DNA of 64,000 nucleotides from Psammoneis japonica (Eukaryota). Below, piece by piece: positions 25,009 to 36,010 of the stretch. The stretch covers positions 1-64,000 of the forward strand of contig QPGO01000165.1 in assembly GCA_008632985.1 (NCBI GenBank). The letters run 5' to 3'. How positions within the stretch are numbered: the first letter of the stretch is position 1; the number at the start of each line of letters is the position of its first letter. The notes under the pieces are model-generated. The model did not search any database. It saw only the letters and a program-made list of their open reading frames with translations, and was not told the origin of the DNA. The translations under genes and the position numbers were made by a program.

Positions 25009-28000
25009 GGTCGACACAGAGGAACAGCAGTAAAACGCAAGGGCGCTGCAGCAGCGTCTAAGGGCAAGCTTGCCCGAAAGCAAAAAGATGTGGACGCGGT
25101 CCCGGTCCCAGCGCCAAGCCCGATGAAGTCACAAAAAACACAGCATGCTGAAGCGGCTCTCGGTGCTGAAACGGCAGCAGCACAAGACAAAGCGTTGAAT
25201 CAGCCGGATGGTCAATTGATGCGTGGGTTGGGTTTTGATGTTTTTGAGTCAGAACCATTGGATGAAGGTGTTGCATTTGAACAAGACGGCGAAGGGAAAG
25301 AACTGCATGCTGAGAAACAACCAACCATCATTGCATCGTCAGCACCGGAGATTAATTTTGCCAAGAAGCATTTCTTGGAGTCTCTGCCAACTCAGTTGAA
25401 GCAATTGACAGAAGACAAGGAAGCAGCACAACTTTTGGACGAGTTGGCAAACATGGTGGCGGCGAAAATTCACTCCGCTGCCAGTGCAGACCCCAAAGTG
25501 AGTCCCGAGTCAATGTCGCATTGCTTTGAAATTGATGGAAAAGCGGGTGCGGAGTCAGCCGCACAAACTGTGCATCCAATGCAACTTCGTCACAATAGAG
25601 CTGTTTTGGATTTTGATTCTGTTGCAACAGTGCCTTTGGATGAAGAAGCCGCATTTAAATGCAAAGCAAATGGGCAAAAGCGCAGTGAAGCTGCGAAACG
25701 GCAGGCCAAGGCACGAGCCATAAAATCAATTGTGGACGCTGCACTCAACTCATCCGACAACCACAATGATCGCACTGTTGCCTTAGCGGGGGCACTTGCT
25801 CATCCAAAAATGTCAAGCATCACTGAGAATGTCAATCCAGTCACGCCGGAAACAAAAATGCTCAAAGACGCTTTCCAGCAGCAGCAACGAATGATCGAAC
25901 GAGCTAGTGTTACAAACAAATCCCGGGGTCGAACCAATGATGACAAACGTTCGTCAGTTGAGACTGTTCTAACATGCTGTGCCGATTCACCTGATAAAAT
26001 CAGAAAAGGAAACAGCTCTCTCCTGATTGAGACTCTTGGTTTGGCGAAAAGCACCGGGTGCCGAAACACAAAGAAGGCGAAAGCGAAACGTGCCGCACTC
26101 TCTTCGAATGCAAATGGTGTTTCATGGGCAAATGTCAAGCGTCGAAAGGGATTTTCTAAAGTCACACCGAAAATTCGTGAAGCACTTGTCAAATGGATTT
26201 TGGCACACCCCCAGGTTGTGCAATCGCCTGTCAAGGACGAGACTGCACCAGTGCAAAATCCTGACACAACTGGCGATGTTAAAAAAGTCCGTGTCCCAAA
26301 GTTGTTGCTCCAAGTGAGCATCCAAGAGCTCCACAATGATTTGACATCTGAGGAAGAACATGGTTTCAAGCATGCACGAGATGCTGATGGCAATGTCATC
26401 ACAAGTGACACTGCTCTACGTCATCTGCTCCCAGAGCAGATGTGCAAAATGTCGCCACGACACAAACAGATGTGCGGTTGCGAGTGCTGCATTGCAGTGC
26501 GGAGCCATCAGCAATCCCTCAACGCGTGGCGTCGTCGTCATTTACAAAAGCTGAAAGATGCGTCTCGTGATGAAACATTGCCCCAAGAGGAGAAAGAGAA
26601 ACCAGAAGTTCGTGCAACTGCACACAAGAGTGCGATGCCACCCAATGGGCAGCCACCACATTCCATGCCACGAGATGCAATTGCCGCCATTCAGTGCGAG
26701 GAAGTGGCTTCTGTGGGACACCTGCACTGGCGATGTGTCCTGGGAAAATGCCAAGATTGCCCCAAGCATGTCACTCTAGAAGAAGAAAAAGGTGCGGATG
26801 AGGCGAGTGCACCGCGGATTGACTTTCATGAATGTGAAAAGATGACCACGTGCACCATTCATGGCGTCCCACCAAACAACCCAAAGGAGTGCCAAGCATG
26901 CCAAGGGTTTGCGGCAGGAATGAAGCGGGGTGAGGTGCACAAGCGGAAGCACCTTGCCAAAAAAAACGCAACCATGGGCAAGTTTGCAAGGAATCATTGT
27001 GTCCCTTCTTTGGAAAAGCACCGATGCCATCGACCGCATGTCCGCATCCTCTCCAGGAATGGTTGCGGCGGCGAGCGTGAGCTGGCCTTTCAACGCGACA
27101 TCGGCTCTGTCAAGACAAGACGTGATTGTGCAGAACGACTCCCGGCCAAGTTCAACATGGAGATGCAGAGCGAACATTTTGGAAATGGCCGCTCACTTTC
27201 AATCGAAGGGAGCACTGTTGAAACCCATGCAGCCGAAGCAATTGCAAGTGGACAGATTGACAACGAACTGCCCCAATGAGACCGATTCCCTCTGCAGACT
27301 CACAGTCACTTTTCAGATGACTCACGCCAAGACGCATCCACTGCCCACGCCCACATGGATGAATTGTTAGATTTCCTGCTCAATCAAAAAAACGTAATGC
27401 AAATTCTTAAGATGCTGTGGGATGACACAGATGGGTGCTCAAAACAACATCGATGTGCCAAGGCATTTCTGCTGCTTACGATGTTGAGTTCCAAACATGA
27501 GATTGCTGTCGATCGAGCCATTGGTGCTCCTGAACATGGGAAAGACTTGGCAGATGCCATGAATGCGATGGACAAACGGCGCCTTGCCTCATGCATGTGC
27601 CTCATCGGAACTCCAGAGGCAAATGACAAAGATGCAAGATTGATGGCCGCGGAATCAATTGTTGACTTTGGTTTGAAGAGCCTTGCAGAGGAGTGCAAGA
27701 GGCTCTGTGAGCTGCCGACGAGAGTGCAGGGCGTCAAGGGTCACAAGAAGCATGCAAAACGAGAGGCAAATGCAAGAATGCAAGAGAGACACTGCCACGT
27801 GCAGAAGAAAGAAGACGCACCTTACACCAACATGGCCGTCAAGGCCCATTTCCCCGACGACTTGAAACACATGGAGTCCTGCAACCTTCGCACCGATTGG
27901 GAACTTGGGGTGGGTTGGATTGCGGTGCGCAGGATCCCGTGTGCCTGCGCTGGGTGCCTTGCTCAACTGGCTCTGGATTGGGTGCCAGGAGTGTCTCGAG

Positions 28001-28824
28001 ACAAGCAGCCTCGATGCAAAGGCGGAAACAAGGAGTGTGAGAGGTGGCCAATGTTTGAAGGATTGAACGATTGGCGCATCGCACCTTTGGTCCGGGTTGC
28101 CAACAAGCATGAGGCAGTAGAAGCTCTTTCTCAGCAAGAGCTTGAAGAGGCGCAGGATCATGTGCTGACAGGGATTGAAACAAGGATGGCAGAGGGGATT
28201 GCAGTTGGCAACAAAGGAGCGTTTGCGACAGAAGACGAGGAGACGAGTGGCCACCATGTTGTCGAATGGACTAGCGAAGCATGTGCACTACAGGATGACA
28301 AGGCACTCACCGATTTTGACCCTCCAGTGATGCTCAAAGCCGGCACACTTGTTGCGGATGCCACACATCTCAATCAGGTACCACGAGCCCCACTCTGGCA
28401 CACGCCATCAGCCATTTCCACCACTGTTGTTGCAAAACAGGTTGTCGCTTCACACCTTGATCTCCTTCCAATCTCTGAAGACAACCCTTTGCCACAGGGG
28501 TGCCGCAACAAGAGAGAAGCAATGGACAAAGGTGGGATGCAGGTGAAGGGCGAAAGCCACGAAGAGATCATTGAGGAACTGGCACATCGAGTTGCTCTCG
28601 ATCACGAGGAATTCGACGAAAATGAAAGCAGTGAAGATGAGGGGGGAAACGAGAGTGAGATGGAAGGTGATGATGACATTGACAACAGCAGCGACAGTTG
28701 GTTGCAGCACAATGTTTCACGAATGCAACTCACATTGGCGCGCGTCCTTGCATCACCTGCGCCCAGGTACAGAATGCAGTTCCGTTGCAGTGCTAAGAAC
28801 AAAAACAGCAGCACAGCCAATTGA
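25009..28824 (+). pseudogene. Large Cys-cluster DDD/E transposase (Sola-like), frameshifted near 27280
   Basis: Motifs CGCECC, RDCAER, QSEHFG..SIEG, WDDTDGCSKQHRC, EHGKDLADAMNA, RRIPCACAGC. The superfamily call rests on remembered motifs plus the 4-bp TSD of the related MITEs. Confidence 0.6.
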
Positions 28825-29900
28825 TGCCTTGCATCTGCCACAACATTTGCATCTGCATCAACATCCAACATCGCATCAACATCCAACGCCTTGCATGCAT
28901 CCACTTGCCTTGGGAGCAAAGAAAGGCAGAAACGTGCAGTGAGAGATGCCGCGGTGCGTGACGGGTGACAACGAAACGAACGCGTTTCTACAACACATGA
29001 GAACCCAATGATCACTCACCAGAACACTGGCCGGCCATTCCCAGCATCTGTGACTGCAGTCCCATCGATGCCCAATGTTTTACCTCTCTCTACTTTACGT
29101 CGTAATCGAGAGAGCGAAAAGGAAGAAACACGTCGCGAGAGACACACCACGGGTAAAAAACCAAAAGAACGCGCTTGCACAAAAACTAAGAACCCAACAA
29201 TCACTTGCAATCAGACTAGTTGACCGTGTCTAGACTCTGTTGCCACAGTCGTGTGCATGCCCAACGTCTTGCAACTCTACTCGAGAGAGTGAAAAGGAAG
29301 AAACACGTTGTGAAAGATGCGTGATGAACACGTGACGGGCGAAAAATCAATGGAAGGCGATGCGACAACAAATCAGAGACAACCACTTGCTTGCCAACAC
29401 ATCAATTCGACAAAAAAGCATCTGCAACTGCATCTGCATCAACATCCAATGTCTTGCAGTCTCTTCTTGTTGTGTGTGTGCACGAAACAGCAGAAAAAAG
29501 CGTCACATTGAAAGCAGCACAATTTCTTTGCTTCTTGCGCAGATTCAGAAATAGAAGCTGTTTGAAGCACTAAAACCGATGTGTCTCATGCGATGATGAT
29601 GCTAGAGACACATGAAAAGGATGGTCAACAAAAGACCAACGTAAAGACTGCTGTCATGGCCAAGAAGGCTTCGTCGCTGTTGGAGAATGCATGAGGCGAA
29701 TTTTTGCCAGGAGTGAGTCTTGGTTTTTGTTGACATCCTAAGTCACCAGGAGAACATTTCTGTCATTTTTTTATTCGTTTTGAATGCATTCATTAAGATG
29801 ATTTATTTCCTAAGATTCGGATGTCACATTTAAAAGAGCTCGTACGTAGGCTTCTACGGCCGAATGTCACACGGAGTCCCGCCTGGGGCTGGAACGCGTC
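25009..29900 (+). mobile_element. 5'-truncated Sola-like DNA transposon; probable partner of the MITEs at 38423 and 39110
   Basis: Right end gtcacacggagtcccgcctggggctggaacgcgtc (ends 29900) matches the MITE TIRs; carries a large DDD/E transposase. Confidence 0.7.
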
Positions 29901-30495
29901 TTGTCCTGTGTTTGAGCCAGTTTGTTTCATGTGCAGGTTTTTGCTCTGAAATGTGGGAAGTGATGGACTCCCATTGCCATTGTCACTTGTTTTGCGCTGC
30001 TGGCAAATTCAATGCCATCATCTCCTGCAGAGCTGTCTTCTCTTTGCACGTGTCTCTCTCTTGGAGCACAGCTGCACGAGGAATGCCAAGCCTTTAGCTT
30101 TCTTTGGTTTCTCTCATGTCTGGACCAATGGTGGTGCAATCAAGATGAGAGGAGTGTTGAAGTGATGGTGAGCATGTGGTTGGCACCTGCGCCATTTTTG
30201 CTCTCTGCCTTTGGTGTGTTGCACGCACGCCAGTGGCTGCCTGGCTGCGATGATGTGACAGCAACACTGGAGCACTTGACATGAATGGTTGCCATTGTCT
30301 GTACATTGCACTTTTGTCTTTGAAATGGATTGCTTCAGAGACCAGAAGAAGCAATGATGTGTTGTTTGTGCTTCCTCTTCCTTCAACAACCACAGGAACT
30401 CACTCGAGCGCAGAGAGCAAACACACAGACGTTCGTCGCGCAACTCGCGCGATGCCACGTCACGGCCGCTCCTGCAACACATCCATGACCCGTTA

Positions 30496-31220
30496 GACCC
30501 TGTCCAAACACTGTCACATGCATGATCATACCTGACATCACAGCACCTAAAATGAGCCTCTTCGAAAAAATCAGTGGTTGTCAGCCCTGTGCATGATGTA
30601 ATTTTAGGCCATGCCAACTTTCACGAGGATGTTTGTTCTCGCGAGAACAGACTTCCTCGGAAACATCATACCCCAACATCATGCCCCACCGACGAAACAC
30701 GAAAACAACTGACATGCATCGTTTTTTGACACGTCCAAAGTGCGTGTGGCTGTGCATCATATGAGGCAACCACATGAGACCATGCATGAGCCGCTTGTTG
30801 TCTTTGGGGGGCTTTGTGTGCCATTCTGGACTCTTCTGACACAACCATTTTGCCAAACAGTTTCTTAAAATAAATTCATGTCACACACTCTTACAGACAA
30901 CTGATTTAGCCATAAGTTGCACACAAGCATGATTTTTTTGTCAACAGGTGTCCATTGCATGGCTTGTTGTCGCCTTGTGGTTGCGTTTTCGTCGTCATGG
31001 TCATGTCGCTCTCGTCGTGTTGTTGTCGCTGGTTCATTCATGTTGCATCTGGTGTTGCTTCACGCACTGCAAGTTTGAATCATTCGATTAATGTCTGTGA
31101 GGTGCTGTCATGCGCACGAATGTGTTTGGACAGAACATTGTGGGCATGACCTGTGACGTCATCATAAAAGCCTGCGTGACGTGGGTGTGATCACACCTGT
31201 GACAGTGTTTGGACAGAGTC
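30496..31220. mobile_element. Second copy of the Harbinger-like MITE, hypermutated
   Basis: Same TIRs and TTA flanks as 10034-10758. Confidence 0.8.
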
Positions 31221-31383
31221 TTAGAAGAGTTCGGAGGTTCGAGTTCGAGCCGACGAGCAACGGTGGAGATCGATTGGAAATGAGGAGATGAGTGAGGACC
31301 GACGGCGTTTTGTCCATTGACTCTGTCCAGTGCACTCATCTCTTGTCGATGCTAAAGCCACAAGTTACACTGGTTGTACAAAA

Positions 31384-32505
31384 ATGGGAACGTCAACTTC
31401 CAAAGAAGCTTCTTTTACGTCGGTGAAAAGTTGGAAGCAATTTTCTGGACTCTCGAAAACAAGCTGCGATGCTCCTGCTGCTCCACCGCCACCACTCCCG
31501 CCACCGGGTGCTGCTGCAAGTTCCCCACCACCTCCTCCTCCCGCTGAAACGAGTGCAGAACAACAAGAACAACCCAAAGACGCCATTGCGCTTGCGGCCG
31601 AGTCAGTCTCTGCTGCAATTCCAAACCCGGGCACTTGCGAAGAAGCCACGTTGGATTGCAAGCGTCTCGTGCAACTCGACACCCACGATGGCTTTTGCGT
31701 GGACATCAACAAGCAGCTCAGTCCCTTCATGGTGGTTGTGCATTCCTTTTGGCTCGGTGCGTCCATGCTTCCCGACGGACGCAACCGGACCCATGCCTTT
31801 GTCATGCAAGCAGCCGATGAACAGGGACTTCTCATGGCCCGTGTCGATCCCGAACGCGGCTCGGTCGATGGACGGATCCATCGTGCGCTCTTGGGCGGGT
31901 TGGCCATGGTCAAGGTACAAGCCGGTCTAAGTGCGAGTGGTGAACACGATCAACTCTTGGCTGAACTGGACTTTGGTGGAGAAACGTGGAGGGGTAACCT
32001 CAAGTGCGGCTCCATGGGTGGGGGGCAAGTGTTTGGATGCAATTGCTTTCAGAGCATGACAGACCGGCTCGCCATGGGAGGGGAGGGCATGCACCTTGCT
32101 GCGAATCAAAACATTCTTTCCAATTGCACCGCCAAATGCACTGCGCCCGTCAGAACGGAGGACGGTGACGGCGGCGGGTCTAGCACGATTTGTGCCAACT
32201 TCAACACGTCCCAGGGACTCTTGTTGCTCAATTACAAACGAGTCATGACACCCAACCGTGTCACACTTGGAGCCGAGTTGGAGTGTTTGCCGTCAAGCCT
32301 AGAGTCACGGGTGGCGGTTGGAGCCAAATTCAAGCTGTCACGGTCCAAAATGGCTCTTTGTGCAGACGGAACGGGCAAGGTTCAAAGCACGTTGGAGGCA
32401 AAGCTTGGCATGGCACCGGGTTCGCCATCTTTGAACTTTTCGGCAGAACTGGATCATGCCAAGGATCAAATGAGGTTTGGATGTGGCATTGCGATTGATG
32501 GATGA
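31384..32505 (+). pseudogene. TOM40: Full-length but hypermutated TOM40 copy; ORF open, probably non-functional
   Basis: Same length as 10922-12043; 8 of 9 Tyr changed to Cys/His, several Thr>Ala, Ile>Met and Val>Ala changes; stop TAA>TGA. Confidence 0.85.
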
Positions 32506-33257
32506 TGCGACGAACCGAAAACGATGTTTGTGCTTTGGTTAAAACACGCATGATGCTGAATTGCCAGACAATCACAGTTTTGTGAGGGCAGTGCATCGCG
32601 CATTTCAATCATTAAAATCAAAATTTAAGAATTTCTTTTTTCCGCATGAGACTGTTGTTGCCACATCACATGGCAATGCAGCAACATCTTTTTGCTTGTT
32701 CGAAAATGGCTTGACAATCAATTGACAATTGAACAGCAAACAAGCTTGGCTGCATGTTGTTTTCTCTTGCGACAAGAACGGGCGTGATGCTGCTGATCAT
32801 TGTCACAGTGCAAGACTTCTTGTTGACTTGTTGGTCATCGTGCTCCTCATCCAGAGCTAAAGCCAATGAGGCCCATCGTCTTCCGACTGTGAAGTGAACT
32901 ACACGAAAGGGCCCAAAATCCGGGTCTCTCTTTGTACATTGTTTGTGCGTAAATTTGCATTCAGTCGAAATAGATGCTGCAGCAAAAATTTCTTAGAAAA
33001 AAGGAAATTTGCTTGTTCGAAGCCATTCTGTGAAATTGCTGAATCCTTCGGGGTTTGCCGGCGTGCACAGTGGCGGGCTTGCGCGTGTGTCACTTCAAAA
33101 CTCGAAAGCATTCGCTTCGACAATGAGAAAACAATGAGAAACTTGCTTTGCGACGGCATGTTTTCTTTCTCCAGTGACGGCAACAACAGAAGCTTTTTCA
33201 TTCTCTGTCACACCATGTAACCTCGTGTTTTGATTCTAATCCTTGAAAAGCTGCATC

Positions 33258-35630
33258 ATGGGTCGTCATCATCATCCTCGTTACGATCGTCGTTCTTCCT
33301 CCAGTGCAATTTCTTCTTCTTCTAGCACATCTTCCTTGTGCCACCGTCTCGATCAAGCGCTCCATCCTCCACGATGGTCCAGCACGAGCAGCAGCGGCAT
33401 TAAAAGTACAAGCAAAATTTCGTTGCGTTCCTCTCATCATGGCCGCATGCGTCGTCAACAACGTGCGTCATCCAAATGCGAGCTGAAACGAGCCATCAAG
33501 TGCGGTCAGCGTCGAGTGCTGCCGGGAAGAAGAAGGCTCAAATGTCGATTCAATGGTTCAGTGGTTGTTGTTGATGGATGCACAAAAACGGAAATTACAA
33601 GTTACAAAGAAGTGATGGACGCTGATGCACCGTTTCAAACCATTTGTCCAGAGCAACGGAAATGACATGACGATGCTCGCAAACTCAATCAGCAAGAGGC
33701 ATGTTTGAACTGTGCACAACATGAACACATGTCGTAAGTTGACCAAACCAACAGAACAAGACAACTCATGTTTGCTTTTTGTTTTCCATCTATGCAGCCA
33801 CGACAATGCAAGAGCCACTCCATTTTGCTCATTGACAAGAGCGGATCGATGCACACGCCGGACGTGCAGGGTTGCAATTCTTGTCTTGCTTCTGTGTTTT
33901 TAGCCATTGCTCAAGACTTTGTCCGTCCTCGCATTGACGCAGCCGGACGAGGGATGCAGGGTGCCATTTCGGTGATGATCATGGGCGAACGACCCTTTTT
34001 ATGGATGAATGCGTGGCCCACCGACTTTGTCACGTACAATGCCTTTGTTGCGGCATTCAAGCATGGTCATGTCCAAGCCGAGGGACATTGCTGCTGCCGA
34101 CCATCAATTGACACGGCTCAAACAATCTTTGACCGACACGACTCTGCCACGTGTCAATTGGTGTTGGGAATCTTTGCCGATGGACGACCCAGTGACTCGT
34201 CCGTGTTCAAAACCAATTGGGACCAATCGGTCCAATCCATTTCCACATCCGTTCAATCCATGGCAGCCAAGATTGGCAACCGATTGCAAATCCGAGCCAT
34301 TGGCATGGGATCTGCCAATCAATGGCAAACGCTGGATGCTGTGTGCCAAGTGGCTCGCAATTGTGGTTGTCAAGCGCAGGTGGAAACACCCAGCATGTCC
34401 TCGTCCAGTCTAGGTGCCGTGGTGAGCAGCATTGCAACGTCGCTTGCCACGTCACAAGTTGACAACCATGGTTCTTCTGATGATGGCGTCAATCGTGTCG
34501 TTCGACCGGTGCGTCGTGAAGACCGATCTCGTGTGCCGCTCTTGACGGAAGCGGTGGATGCTACGGATTTTGACATTTTCATGCAAGACAAGGTGGTTCG
34601 GGAAGAACACATTGGAGGAGATGCCTTTGTGCAAGCTGAGTTGCAACACCCGGAAGCCCGCGGTGTTGCAGTGCGCAAACAACCCTTTGATGAAGGCAGC
34701 GAACGGTTTGCCTGTCAATTCTTTGAAGTTGCACAAGACGGACGAACCGTCGTTGGAATGCCGCTGGTTGCCAAGGCGTGCAAATTTGTTCTAAACAATG
34801 ACAAGGATGAAGACGACGGTGGTGTGTCGTTGGAAGAGTACACGCACAAGTTTGTGACACGCTTTTGTCGTATTCATACCGTGGCAACCCAAATAGCAAA
34901 TGCCTTTAATGAACGGTTGGACAAGATTGCGCGTCTCGATTCGAGCGTGCCGCGTGTCGAGTTTCTACCCTGTTCGGTCTATCGTCTCGAGCACGACGAC
35001 GGAACTACGTCTGCCTATGTGGTGGAGCCTCGTCTCTTGGGAAGTTTCAAAAGTGGAATAGCAACAATGGGTGGATTCGTGAACGCAGTACAAAGCCATC
35101 ACCAGTGAAATCGATGGGCATCTCTTGTGGTGGTGGTTTGGTCCCCATCAAGGAAGAAGTAGACGAAGAAGTGTTGAACGAAGAACCCATGGACAAAGAA
35201 GAGGAAAAGTAGGAATCATCCAGTATGGATGTTGCCATGGATTCATCAGGTAACGCTGTGATTGATTTAACCACAAGCGACGACGATGACGAGGGCGAGT
35301 GCTTGTTTGTGCAGGGAGACGATGTTGCCCAGGCCTTTTCTCACTTTAGCTATTCGCTAGAACGCCAGAAACTACTCGTGTGTGACTTGCAAGGTGTCTA
35401 TGATCGTCAGGAACTTTTGCTTCGTTTCACAGATAGATCCCGTCATTCACCACGTCGTCTACAAGGAAACCGAGGGTGCAGCAAACAAACGTGGCAGCAG
35501 CAAGTACGGACGAACCGACCGTGGTAACAAGGGTATTGCTGACTTTTTCGATACGCATCCATGCAATTGCCTTTGCAATATAGTAACCAAGGGTTTTCTT
35601 CCAGTCAAGACTACGAATTTTGAAAAGTAA
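33258..35630 (+). pseudogene. Second vWA/alpha-kinase copy
   Basis: Extra stop at 33663-65, 1-bp indels near 35038 and 35440, same internal TAG. 5' part TpA-mutated, 3' part not. Confidence 0.85.
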
Positions 35631-36010
35631 GTCAGATCAGAGTTGCAAGACAAGCACAGCCAACTTGCGAGATTGACGCAAGGTCGTCCTGAGATATCAA
35701 ACCGGGGAGTCAATACTCGCATGTCTAGATGGATAAGGTGCTTACTCTCTGGAAAGACTTTATCAGCAGAAAACATCTGCGTGCGTAGCTTTCCACTGGC
35801 CATTGCAACTACCATACGATTTGAGAGGCTCCGTAGCTACAAGTATCCGATAATAGCTCTACCTCTTGTCTACTGTAATCTTTGTCAGTTATTCTGATCA
35901 CGAGATCCCGCCAAAAGAAAGGTGTGAGTAAAAATTCGACAAGGACTTTTTTTGAAAGAAACAAAGTAAAGTAAAGCAACTCATTCGATTGTGAATGCAA
36001 AAATCGATTA

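Noticed and set aside
24913..27279. 788-aa ORF as a TOM40-transposase fusion gene
   Set aside because: It starts at a non-ATG codon in a different frame from TOM40; it is read-through across a deletion junction.
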